A stretch of 64,000 nucleotides of DNA from the human T2T-CHM13v2.0 reference genome, Homo sapiens, in assembly GCF_009914755.1 (NCBI RefSeq), contig NC_060943.1, one strand, 5' to 3'. The position numbers and the translations under genes were made by a program. Shown here piece after piece: positions 1 to 11,200 of this stretch; position 1 is the stretch's first letter, and each line of letters begins with the position of its first letter. The notes below the pieces were generated by a model. It was not told the origin of the DNA and made no database searches. It saw nothing but the letters and a program-made list of their open reading frames with translations.

Positions 1-159
1 TGGGAATATCTTCACACACAAACTAGCCAGAAGCATTCTCAGAAACTTCTTTGTGATGTGTGCGTTGAACCCAGAGAGATGAACCTTTCCTTTGATAGAG
101 CAGTTTTGAAACGTGTTTTTGTAAGATCGGCAAGCGGATAATTGGCTTCGCTTTGTGTC

Positions 160-176
160 CTTTGGTGGAAACGGGA
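160..176 (+). other. Degenerate CENP-B box (monomer 1), CTTTGGTGGAAACGGGA
   Basis: TTCG is TTTG (CpG to TpG); the CGGG half is intact. Confidence 0.75.
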
Positions 177-574
177 ATATCTTCTAATAAAAACTAGACA
201 GAAATATTCTCAGAATCTCCTTTGTGATGTGGGCATTCAACTAACACAGTTGAACATTTCTTTTCACAGAGCAGTTTTGAAACACTCTTTTGGTAGAATC
301 TGCCAGTGGATATTTGGAGCGCTTGGAGGGCTATTGTGCCAATGGAAATATCTGCCCCTGAAAACTAGACAGAAGCATTCTCAGAAACTACTTCGTGATG
401 TTTGCATTCAACACACAGAGTTGAACATACCTCTTCACAGAGCAGTTTTGAAAACCTCTTTCTGTAGAATCTGCAAGTGGATATTCGGACCACTTTGAGG
501 CCTTCATAGGAAACAGTAATATCTTCACATAAAAACTAGATAGAAGCATTGTCAGAAAGTTCTTTGTGATGTGT

Positions 575-580
575 GAATTC
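575..580. other. EcoRI site (GAATTC), one per HOR, defining a ~2.2 kb EcoRI repeat
   Basis: GTGTGAATTCAAC is present at the same position in each unit. An extra private site lies at 28814-28819. Confidence 0.85.
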
Positions 581-671
581 AACTCACAGAGTTGAACCTT
601 CCTTTAATAGAGCAGTTGTGAAACACTCTTTTTCTAGAATCTGCAAGTAGATATTTGGAGCGCTTTGAGGC

Positions 672-688
672 CTTCGTTGGAAACCGGA
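672..688 (+). other. Degenerate CENP-B box (monomer 4), CTTCGTTGGAAACCGGA, repeated in each HOR
   Basis: It matches YTTCGTTGGAARCGGGA except that the essential CGGG is CCGG, so it fails the 9-nt core NTTCGNNNNANNCGGGN. Confidence 0.85.
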
Positions 689-1012
689 ATATCTTCACAG
701 GAAAAGTAGATAGAGGCATTCTCAGAAACTTTTTTGTGATATGTAGATTCAACTCACAGTGTTGAACCTTTCTTTGGATGGAGCAGTTTTGAAAAACTCT
801 TTTATCGAATCTGCAGGTAGACATTTGGGGTGCTTTGAGGGCTGTGGTGCAAAAGGAAATGTCTTCCCATAGAAACTAGACTGAAGCATTCTCAGCAACT
901 TCTTGGTGACGTTTGCATTCATCTCACAGTGTTGAACATACCTTTCCATAGAGTGGTTTTGAAACACTGTTTTTGTAGAATCGGCAAGTGGATATTTGGA
1001 CTGCTTTGAGGC

Positions 1013-1029
1013 CTTCATCGGAAACGGGA
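1013..1029 (+). other. Degenerate CENP-B box (monomer 6), CTTCATCGGAAACGGGA, repeated in each HOR
   Basis: The essential TTCG is TTCA (CpG to CpA), one base from a functional core. Confidence 0.85.
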
Positions 1030-1399
1030 ATATCTTCACATAAACACTAGAGAGAAGCATTCTCAGAAACTTCTTTGTCATCTGTCCATTCAACTCACAG
1101 AGTTGAACCTTCCTTTTTATGGAGCAGTTTTGAAACACTCCTTTTGGAGAATCTGCAAGTGGATATTTGGAGCGCTTTGAGGCCTATGGTAGAAAAAGAA
1201 ATATCTGCCTCTAAAAACCAGACAGAAGCATTCCGAGAAACTTCTTTGTGATGTTTGCATTCAACTAGCAGAGTTGAACCTTCCTTTTGATAGGGCAGTT
1301 TGGAAACACTCTTTTTGTAGAATCTGCATGTGGATATCTGGATCGGTTTGAGGCCTATGGTCAAAAAGGAAATATCTTCCTGGGAAAAATAGACGAAAG

Positions 1400-1565
1400 C
1401 ATTCTCAGAAAGTGCTTTGTGATATGTGCATTCGACTCACCGAGTTGAAACTTTTTTTTGATAGAGCAGTTTTGAAACACTCTGTAGAATCTGAAAGTGG
1501 ATATTTGGAGCTCCTTGAGGGCTATGGCGGAAAAGAAAATATATTCACATTAAAGTAGACAGCAG
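1400..1565 (+). repeat. Short 166 bp monomer (m9) of the HOR
   Basis: It reads AAACACTCTGTAGAATC where other monomers read AAACACTCTTTTTGTAGAATC. The deletion is fixed in all copies inspected. Confidence 0.88.
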
Positions 1566-2247
1566 CATTCTCAGAAACTTCTTTAGGATGTTTGCAGTAA
1601 ACTCACAGAGTTGAACCTACCTTTCCGTAGAGCAGTTTTGAAACACTCTGTTTGTGGGATATGCAAGTGGATATTTGGACAGCTTTGAGAACTTTGCTGG
1701 AAATGGGAATATCTTCACATATAAACTAGACAGAAGCATTCTCAGAAACTTCTTCGTGATGTGTGCATTCTACTCCCGAATTTGAATCTTCCTTTTCATG
1801 AAGCAGTTTAGAAACACTCTGTTTGTGCAATCCACAATTGGATAATTGGAACGCTTTGATGCCCATGGTAGAAAAGGAAATATCCTCATATAAAAACTAG
1901 ACAGAAGGATTCACAGAAAATGCTTTGTGATGTGTGCATTCAAATCACGGAGTTGAATCTTTCTTTTGTCAGAGCAGTTTTGAAACACTGTTTCTGTGGG
2001 ATCTGCCAGCGGACACTTGGAGCGCTTTGAGGGCTGTGGTGGAGAAGGAAATATCTTCCCATAAAAACTAGAAAGAAGCATTCTCAGAAACATTTATGTG
2101 AAGCGTGCATTCAACTCACAGAGTTGAACCTTCCTTTTGATACAACAGTTTTGAAACACTCTTTTGAACAATTGCAGGTGAATCTTTGGAGCGCTTTGAA
2201 GCCTTTGTTGGAAATGGGAATATCTTCACACACAAACTAGCCAGAAG

Positions 2248-5200
2248 CATTCTCAGAAACTTCTTTGTGATGTGTGCGTTGAACCCAGAGAGATGAACCT
2301 TTCCTTTGATAGAGCAGTTTTGAAACGTGTTTTTGTAAGATCGGCAAGCGGATAATTGGCTTCGCTTTGTGTCCTTTGGTGGAAACGGGAATATCTTCTA
2401 ATAAAAACTAGACAGAAATATTCTCAGAATCTCCTTTGTGATGTGGGCATTCAACTAACACAGTTGAACATTTCTTTTCACAGAGCAGTTTTGAAACACT
2501 CTTTTGGTAGAATCTGCCAGTGGATATTTGGAGCGCTTGGAGGGCTATTGTGCCAATGGAAATATCTGCCCCTGAAAACTAGACAGAAGCATTCTCAGAA
2601 ACTACTTCGTGATGTTTGCATTCAACACACAGAGTTGAACATACCTCTTCACAGAGCAGTTTTGAAAACCTCTTTCTGTAGAATCTGCAAGTGGATATTC
2701 GGACCACTTTGAGGCCTTCATAGGAAACAGTAATATCTTCACATAAAAACTAGATAGAAGCATTGTCAGAAAGTTCTTTGTGATGTGTGAATTCAACTCA
2801 CAGAGTTGAACCTTCCTTTAATAGAGCAGTTGTGAAACACTCTTTTTCTAGAATCTGCAAGTAGATATTTGGAGCGCTTTGAGGCCTTCGTTGGAAACCG
2901 GAATATCTTCACAGGAAAAGTAGATAGAGGCATTCTCAGAAACTTTTTTGTGATATGTAGATTCAACTCACAGCGTTGAACCTTTCTTTGGATGGAGCAG
3001 TTTTGAAAAACTCTTTTATCGAATCTGCAGGTAGACATTTGGGGTGCTTTGAGGGCTGTGGTGCAAAAGGAAATGTCTTCCCATAGAAACTAGACTGAAG
3101 CATTCTCAGCAACTTCTTGGTGACGTTTGCATTCATCTCACAGTGTTGAACATACCTTTCCATAGAGTGATTTTGAAACACTGTTTTTGTAGAATCGGCA
3201 AGTGGATATTTGGACTGCTTTGAGGCCTTCATCGGAAACGGGAATATCTTCACATAAACACTACAGAGAAGCATTCTCAGAAACTTCTTTGTGATCTCTC
3301 CATTCAACTCACAGAGTTGAACCTTCCTTTTTATGGAGCAGTTTTGAAACACTCCTTTTGGAGAATCTGCAAGTGGATATTTGGAGCGCGTTGAGGCCTA
3401 TGGTAGAAAAAGAAATATCTGCCTCTAAAAACCAGACAGAAGCATTCCGAGAAACTTCTTTGTGATGTTTCCATTCAACTAGCAGAGTTGAACCTTCCTT
3501 TTGATAGGGCAGTTTGGAGACACTCTTTTTGTAGAATCTGCATGTGGATATCTGGAGCGGTTTGAGGCCTACGGTCAAAAAGGAAATATCTTCCTGGGAA
3601 AAATAGACGAAAGCATTCTCAGAAAGTGCTTTGTGATATGTGCATTCGACTCACCGAGTTGAAACTTTTTTTTGATAGAGCAGTTTTGAAACACTCTGTA
3701 GAATCTGAAAGTGGATATTTGGAGCTCCTTGAGGGCTATGGCGGAAAAGAAAATATATTCACATTAAAGTAGACAGCAGCATTCTCAGAAACTTCTTTAG
3801 GATGTTTGCAGTAAACTCTCAGAGTTGAACCTACCTTTCCGTAGAGCAGTTTTGAAACACTCTGTTTGTGGGATCCGCAAGTGGATATTTGGACCGCTTT
3901 GAGACCTTTGCTGGAAATGGGAATATCTTCACATATAAACTAGACAGAAGCATTCTCAGAAACTTCTTCGTGATGTGTGCATTCTACTCCCGAATTTGAA
4001 TCTTCCTTTTCATGAAGCAGTTTTGAAACACTCTGTTTGTGCAATCCACAATTGGATAATTGGAACGCTTTGATGCCCATGGTAGAAAAGGAACTATCCT
4101 CATATAAAAACTAGACAGAAGGATTCACAGAAAATGCTTTGTGATGTGTGCATTCAAATCACGGAGTTGAATCTTTCTTTTGTCAGAGCAGTTTTGAAAC
4201 ACTGTTTCTGTGGAATCTGCCAGCGGACACTTGGAGCGCTTTGAGGGCTGTGGTGGAGAAGGAAATATCTTCCCATAAAAACTAGAAAGAAGCATTCTCA
4301 GAAACATTTATGTGAAGCGTGCATTCAACTCACAGAGTTGAACCTTCCTTTTGATACAACAGTTTTGAAACACTCTTTGGAACAATTGCAGGTGAATCTT
4401 TGGAGCGCTTTGAAGCCTTTGTTGGAAATGGGAATATCTTCACACACAAACTAGCCAGAAGCATTCTCAGAAACTTCTTTGTGATGTGTGCGTTGAACCC
4501 AGAGAGATGAACCTTTCCTTTGATAGAGCAGTTTTGAAACGTGTTTTTGTAAGATCGGCAAGCGGATAATTGGCTTCGCTTTGTGTCCTTTGGTGGAAAC
4601 GGGAATATCTTCTAATAAAAACTAGACAGAAATATTCTCAGAATCTCCTTTGTGATGTGGGCATTCAACTAACACAGTTGAACATTTCTTTTCACAGAGC
4701 AGTTTTGAAACACTCTTTTGGTAGAATCTGCCAGTGGATATTTGGAGCGCTTGGAGGGCTATTGTGCCAATGGTAATATCTGCCCCTGAAAACTAGACAG
4801 AAGCATTCTCAGAAACTACTTCGTGATGTTTGCATTCAACACACAGAGTTGAACATACCTCTTCACAGAGCAGTTTTGAAAACCTCTTTCTGTAGAATCT
4901 GCAAGTGGATATTCGGACCACTTTGAGGCCTTCATAGGAAACAGTAATATCTTCACATAAAAACTAGATAGAAGCATTGTCAGAAAGTTCTTTGTGATGT
5001 GTGAATTCAACTCACAGAGTTGAACCTTCCTTTAATAGAGCAGTTGTGAAACACTCTTTTTCTAGAATCTGCAAGTAGATATTTGGAGCGCTTTGAGGCC
5101 TTCGTTGGAAACCGGAATATCTTCACAGGAAAAGTAGATAGAGGCATTCTCAGAAACTTTTTTGTGATATGTAGATTCAACTTACAGCGTTGAACCTTTC

Positions 5201-8200
5201 TTTGGATGGAGCAGTTTTGAAAAACCCTTTTATCGAATCTGCAGGTAGACATTTGGGGTGCTTTGAGGGCTGTGGTGCAAAAGGAAATGTCTTCCCATAG
5301 AAACTAGACTGAAGCATTGTCAGCAACTTCTTGGTGACGTTTGCATTCATCTCACAGCGTTGAACATACCTTTCCATAGAGCGGTTTTGAAACACTGTTT
5401 TTGTAGAATCGGCAAGTGGATATTTGGACTGCTTTGAGGCCTTCATCGGAAACGGGAATATCTTCACATAAACACTAGAGAGAAGCATTCTCAGAAACTT
5501 CTTTGTCATCTGTCCATTCAACTCACAGAGTTGAACCTTCCTTTTTATGGAGCAGTTTTGAAACACTCCTTTTGGAGAATCTGCAAGTGGATATTTGGAG
5601 CGCTTTGAGGCCTATGGTAGAAAAAGAAATATCTGCCTCTAAAAACCAGACAGAAGCATTCCGAGAAACTTCTTTGTGATGTTTGCATTCAACTAGCAGA
5701 GTTGAACCTTCCTTTTGATAGGGAAGTTTGGAAACACTCTTTTTGTAGAATCTGCATGTGGATATCTGGAGCGGTTTGAGGCCTACGGTCAAAAAGGAAA
5801 TATCTTCCTGGGAAAAATAGACGAAAGCATTCTCAGAAAGTGCTGTGTGATATGTGCATTCGACTCACCGAGTTGAAACTTTTTTTTGATAGAGCAGTTT
5901 TGAAACACTCTGTAGAATCTGAAAGTGGATATTTGGAGCTCTTTGAGGGCTATGGCGGAAAAGAAAATATATTCACATTAAAGTAGACAGCAGCATTCTC
6001 AGAAACTTCTTTAGGATGTTTGCAGTAAACTCACAGAGTTGAACCTACCTTTCCGTAGATCAGTTTTGAAACACTCTGTTTGTGGGATCCGCAAGTGGAT
6101 ATTTGGACCGCTTTGAGACCTTTGCTGGAAATGGGAATATCTTCACATATAAACTAGAAAGAAACATTCTCAGAAACTTCTTCGTGATGTGTGCATTCTA
6201 CTCCCGAATTTGAATCTTCCTTTTCATGAAGCAGTTTAGAAACACTCTGTTTGTGCAATCCACAATTGGATAATTGGAACGCTTTGATGCCCATGGTAGA
6301 AAAGGAAATATCCTCATATAAAAACTAGACAGAAGGATTCACAGAAAATGCTTTGTGATGTGTGCATTCAAATCACGGAGTTGAATCTTTCTTTTGTCAG
6401 AGCAGTTTTGAAACACTGTTTCTGTGGGATCTGCCAGCGGACACTTGGAGCGCTTTGAGGGCTGTGGTGGAGAAGGAAATATCTTCCCATAAAAACTAGA
6501 AAGAAGCATTCTCAGAAACATTTATGTGAAGCGTGCATTCAACTCACAGAGTTGAACCTTCCTTTTGATACAACAGTTTTGAAACACTCTTTTGAACAAT
6601 TGCAGGTGAATCTTTGGAGCGCTTTGAAGCCTTTGTTGGAAATTGGAATATCTTCACACATAAACTAGCCAGAAGCATTCTCAGAAACTTCTTTGTGATG
6701 TGTGCGTTGAACCCAGAGAGATGAACCTTTCCTTTGATAGAGCAGTTTTGAAACGTGCTTTTGTAAGATCGGCAAGCGGATAATTGGCTTCGCTTTGTGT
6801 CCTTTGGTGGAAACGGGAATATCTTCTAATAAAAACTAGACAGAAATATTCTCAGAATCTCCTTTGTGATGTGGGCATTCAACTTACACAGTTGAACATT
6901 TCTTTTCACAGAGCAGTTTTGAAACACTCTTTTGGTAGAATCTGCCAGTGGATATTTGGAGCGCTTGGAGGGCTATTGTGCCAATGGAAATATCTGCCCC
7001 TGAAAACTAGACAGAAGCATTCTCAGAAACTACTTCATGATGTTTGCATTCAACACACAGAGTTGAACATACCTCTTCACAGAGCAGTTTTGAAAACCTC
7101 TTTCTGTAGAATCTGCAAGTGGATATTCAGACCACTTTGAGGCCTTCATAGGAAACAGTAATATCTTCACATAAAAACTAGATAGAAGCATTGTCAGAAA
7201 GTTCTTTGTGATGTGTGAATTCAACTCACAGAGTTGAACCTTCCTTTAATACAGCAGTTTTGAAACACTCTTTTTCTAGAATCTGCAAGTAGATATTTGG
7301 AGCGCTTTGAGGCCTTCATTGGAAACCGGAATATCTTCACAGGAAAAGTAGATAGAGGCATTCTCAGAAGCTTTTTTGTGATATGTAGATTCAACTCACA
7401 GTGTTGAACCTTTCTTTGGATGGAGCAGTTTTGAAAAACTCTTTTATCGAATCTGCAGGTAGACATTCGGGGTGCTTTGAGGGCTGTGGTGCAAAAGGAA
7501 ATGTCTTCCCATAGAAACTAGACTGAAGCATTCTCAGCAACTTCTTGGTGACGTTTGCATTCATCTCACAGTGTTGAACATACCTTTCCATAGAGTGGTT
7601 TTGAAACACTGTTTTTGTAGAATCGGCAAGTGGATATTTGGACTGCTTTGAGGCCTTCATCGGAAACGGGAATATCTTCACATAAACACTAGAGAGAAGC
7701 ATTCTCAGAAACTTCTTTGTCATCTGTCCATTCAACTCACAGAGTTGAACCTTCCTTTTTATGGAGCAGTTTTGAAACACTCCTTTTGGAGAATCTGCAA
7801 GTGGATATTTGGAGCGCTTTGAGGCCTATGGTAGAAAAAGAAATATCTGCCTCTAAAAACCAGACAGAAGCATTCCGAGAAACTTCTTTGTGATGTTTGC
7901 ATTCAACTAGCAGAGTTGAACCTTCCTTTTGATAGGGCAGTTTGGAAACACTCTTTTTGTAGAATCTCCATGTGGATATCTGGAGCGGTTTGAGGCCTAC
8001 GGTCAAAAAGGAAATATCTTCCTGGGAAAAATAGACGAAAGCATTCTCAGAAAGTGCTTTGTGATATGTGCATTCGACTCACCGAGTTGAAACTTTTTTT
8101 TGATAGAGCAGTTTTGAAACACTCTGTAGAATCTGAAAGTGGATATTTGGAGCTCTTTGAGGGCTATGGCGGAAAAGAAAATATATTCACATTAAAGTAG

Positions 8201-11200
8201 ACAGCAGCATTCTCAGAAACTTCTTTAGGATGTTTGCAGTAAACTCACAGAGTTGAACCTACCTTTCCGTAGAGCAGTTTTGAAACACTCTGTTTGTGGG
8301 ATCCGCAAGTGGATATTTGGACCGCTTTGAGACCTTTGCTGGAAATGGGAATATCTTCACATATAAACTAGACAGAAGCATTCTCAGAAACTTCTTCGTG
8401 ATGTGTGCATTCTCCTCCCGAATTTGAATCTTCCTTTTCATGAAGCAGTTTTGAAACACTCTGTTTGTGCAATCCACAATTGGATAATGGGAACGCTTTG
8501 ATGCCCATGGTAGAAAAGGAAATATCCTCATATAAAAACTAGACAGAAGGATTCACAGAAAATGCTTTGTGATGTGTACATTCAAATCACGGAGTTGAAT
8601 CTTTCTTTTGTCAGAGCAGTTTTGAAACACTGTTTCTGTGGAATCTGCCAGCGGACACTTGGAGCGCTTTGAGGGCTATGGTGGAGAAGGAAATATCTTC
8701 CCATAAAAACTAGAGAGAAGCATTCTCAGAAACATTTATGTGAAGCGTGCATTCAACTCACAGAGTTGAACCTTCCTTTTGATACAACAGTTTTGAAACA
8801 CTCTTTTGAACAATTGCAGGTGAATCTTTGGAGCGCTTTGAAGCCTTTGTTGGAAATGGGAATATCTTCACACACAAACTAGCCAGAAGCATTCTCAGAA
8901 ACTTCTTTGTGATGTGTGCGTTGAACCCAGAGAGATGAACCTTTCCTTTGATAGAGCAGTTTTGAAACGTGTTTTTGTAAGCTCGGCAAGCGGATAATTG
9001 GCTTCGCTTTGTGTCCTTTGGTGGAAACGGGAATATCTTCTAATAAAAACTAGACAGAAATATTCTCAGAATCTCCTTTGTGATGTGGGCATTCAACTAA
9101 CACAGTTGAACATTTCTTTTCACAGAGCAGTTTTGAAACACTCTTTTGGTAGAATCTGCCAGTGGATATTTGGAGCGCTTGGAGGGCTATTGTGCCAATG
9201 GAAATATCTGCCCCTGAAAACTAGACAGAAGCATTCTCAGAAACTACTTCGTGATGTCTGCATTCAACACACAGAGTTGAACATACCTCTTCACAGAGCA
9301 GTTTTGAAAACCTCTTTCTGTAGAATCTGCAAGTGGATATTCGGACCACTTTGAGGCCTTCATAGGAAACAGTAATATCTTCACATAAAAACTTGATAGA
9401 AGCATTGTCAGAAAGTTCTTTGTGATGTGTGAATTCAACTCACAGAGTTGAACCTTCCTTTAATAGAGCAGTTTTGAAACACTCTTTTTCTAGAATCTGC
9501 AAGTAGATATTTGGAGCGCTTTGAGGCCTTCGTTGGAAACCGGAATATCTTCACAGGAAAAGTAGATAGAGGCATTCTCAGAAACTTTTTTGTGATATGT
9601 AGATTCAACTCACAGCGTTGAACCTTTCTTTGGATGGAGCAGTTTTGAAAAATTCTTTAATCGAATCTGCAGGTAGACATTTGGGGTGCTTTGAGGGCTG
9701 TGGTGCAAAAGGAAATGTCTTCCCATAGAAACTAGACTGAAGCATTCTCAGCAACTTCTTGGTGACGTTTGCATTCATCTCACAGTGTTGAACATACCTT
9801 TCCATAGAGTGATTTTGAAACACTGTTTTTGTAGAATCGGCAAGTGGATATTTGGACTGCTTTGAGGCCTTCATCGGAAACGGGAATATCTTCACATAAA
9901 CACTACAGAGAAGCATTCTCAGAAACTTCTTTGTGATCTCTCCATTCAACTCACAGAGTTGAACCTTCCTTTTTATGGAGCAGTTTTGAAACACTCCTTT
10001 TGGAGAATCTGCAAGTGGATATTTGGAGCGCGTTGAGGCCTATGGTAGAAAAAGAAATATCTGCCTCTAAAAACCAGACAGAAGCATTCCGAGAAACTTC
10101 TTTGTGATGTTTCCATTCAACTAGCAGAGTTGAACCTTCCTTTTGATAGGGCAGTTTGGAGACACTCTTTTTGTAGAATCTGCATGTGGATATCTGGAGC
10201 GGTTTGAGGCCTACGGTCAAAAAGGAAATATCATCCTGGGAAAAATAGACGAAAGCATTCTCAGAAAGTGCTTTGTGATATGTGCATTCGACTCACCGAG
10301 TTGAAACTTTTTTTTGATAGAGCAGTTTTGAAACACTCTGTAGAATCTGAAAGTGGATATTTGGAGCTCTTTGAGGGCTATGGCGGAAAAGAAAATATAT
10401 TCACATTAAAGTAGACAGCAGCATTCTCAGAAACTTCTTTAGGATGTTTGCAGTAAACTCACAGAGTTGAACCTACCTTTCCGTAGAGCAGTTTTGAAAC
10501 ACTTTGTTTGTGGGATCCGCAAGTGGATATTTGGACCGCTTTGAGACCTTTGCTGGAAATGGGAATATCTTCACATATAAACTAGACAGAAGCATTCTCA
10601 GAAACTTCTTCGTGATGTGTGCATTCTACTCCCGAATTTGAATCTTCCTTTTCATGAAGCAGTTTTGAAACAATCTGTTTGTGCAATCCACAATTGGATA
10701 ATTGGAACGCTTTGATGCCCATGGTAGAAAAGGAAATATCCTCATATAAAAACTAGACAGAAGGATTCACAGAAAATGCTTTGTGATGTGTGCATTCAAA
10801 TCACGGAGTTGAATCTTTCTTTTGTCAGAGCAGTTTTGAAACACTGTTTCTGTGGAATCTGCCAGCGGACACTTGGAGCGCTTTGAGGGCTATGGTGGAG
10901 AAGGAAATATCTTCCCATAAAAACTAGAAAGAAGCATTCTCAGAAACATTTATGTGAAGCGTGCCTTCAACTCACAGAGTTGAACCTTCCTTTTGATACA
11001 ACAGTTTTGAAACACTCTTTGGAACAATTGCAGGTGAATCTTTGGAGCGCTTTGAAGCCTTTGTTGGAAATGGGAATATCTTCACACACAAACTAGCCAG
11101 AAGCATTCTCAGAAACTTCTTTGTGATGTGTGCGTTGAACCCAGAGAGATGAACCTTTCCTTTGATAGAGCAGTTTTGAAACGTGTTTTTGTAAGATCGG

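Larger units (their letters stand above)
34..2247 (+). repeat. One complete HOR unit (13 monomers)
   Basis: Monomer starts (CATTCTCAG-equivalent) are at 34, 205, 376, 547, 717, 887, 1058, 1229, 1400, 1566, 1737, 1908 and 2079, and the next unit starts at 2248. Lengths are 171, 171, 171, 170, 170, 171, 171, 171, 166, 171, 171, 171 and 169, summing to 2214. Confidence 0.95.

Noticed and set aside
142-498. 118 aa + strand ORF (MASLCVLWW...) and its ~29 copies
   Set aside because: It is a chance open frame over two alphoid monomers, with a TTG start and internal 57-aa periodicity (171/3). It is broken by a stop in U3/U6/U8 and has no recognisable domain.
672-688. Functional CENP-B box in every HOR
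   Set aside because: It is 16/17 identical to consensus, but the mismatch hits the essential CGGG (CCGG).
388-1364. Overlapping minus-strand ORFs of 64-129 aa (FQNCSIKRKVQLCELN-type)
   Set aside because: These are typical translations of reverse-strand alpha satellite. They overlap each other in several frames and appear or disappear with single SNVs.
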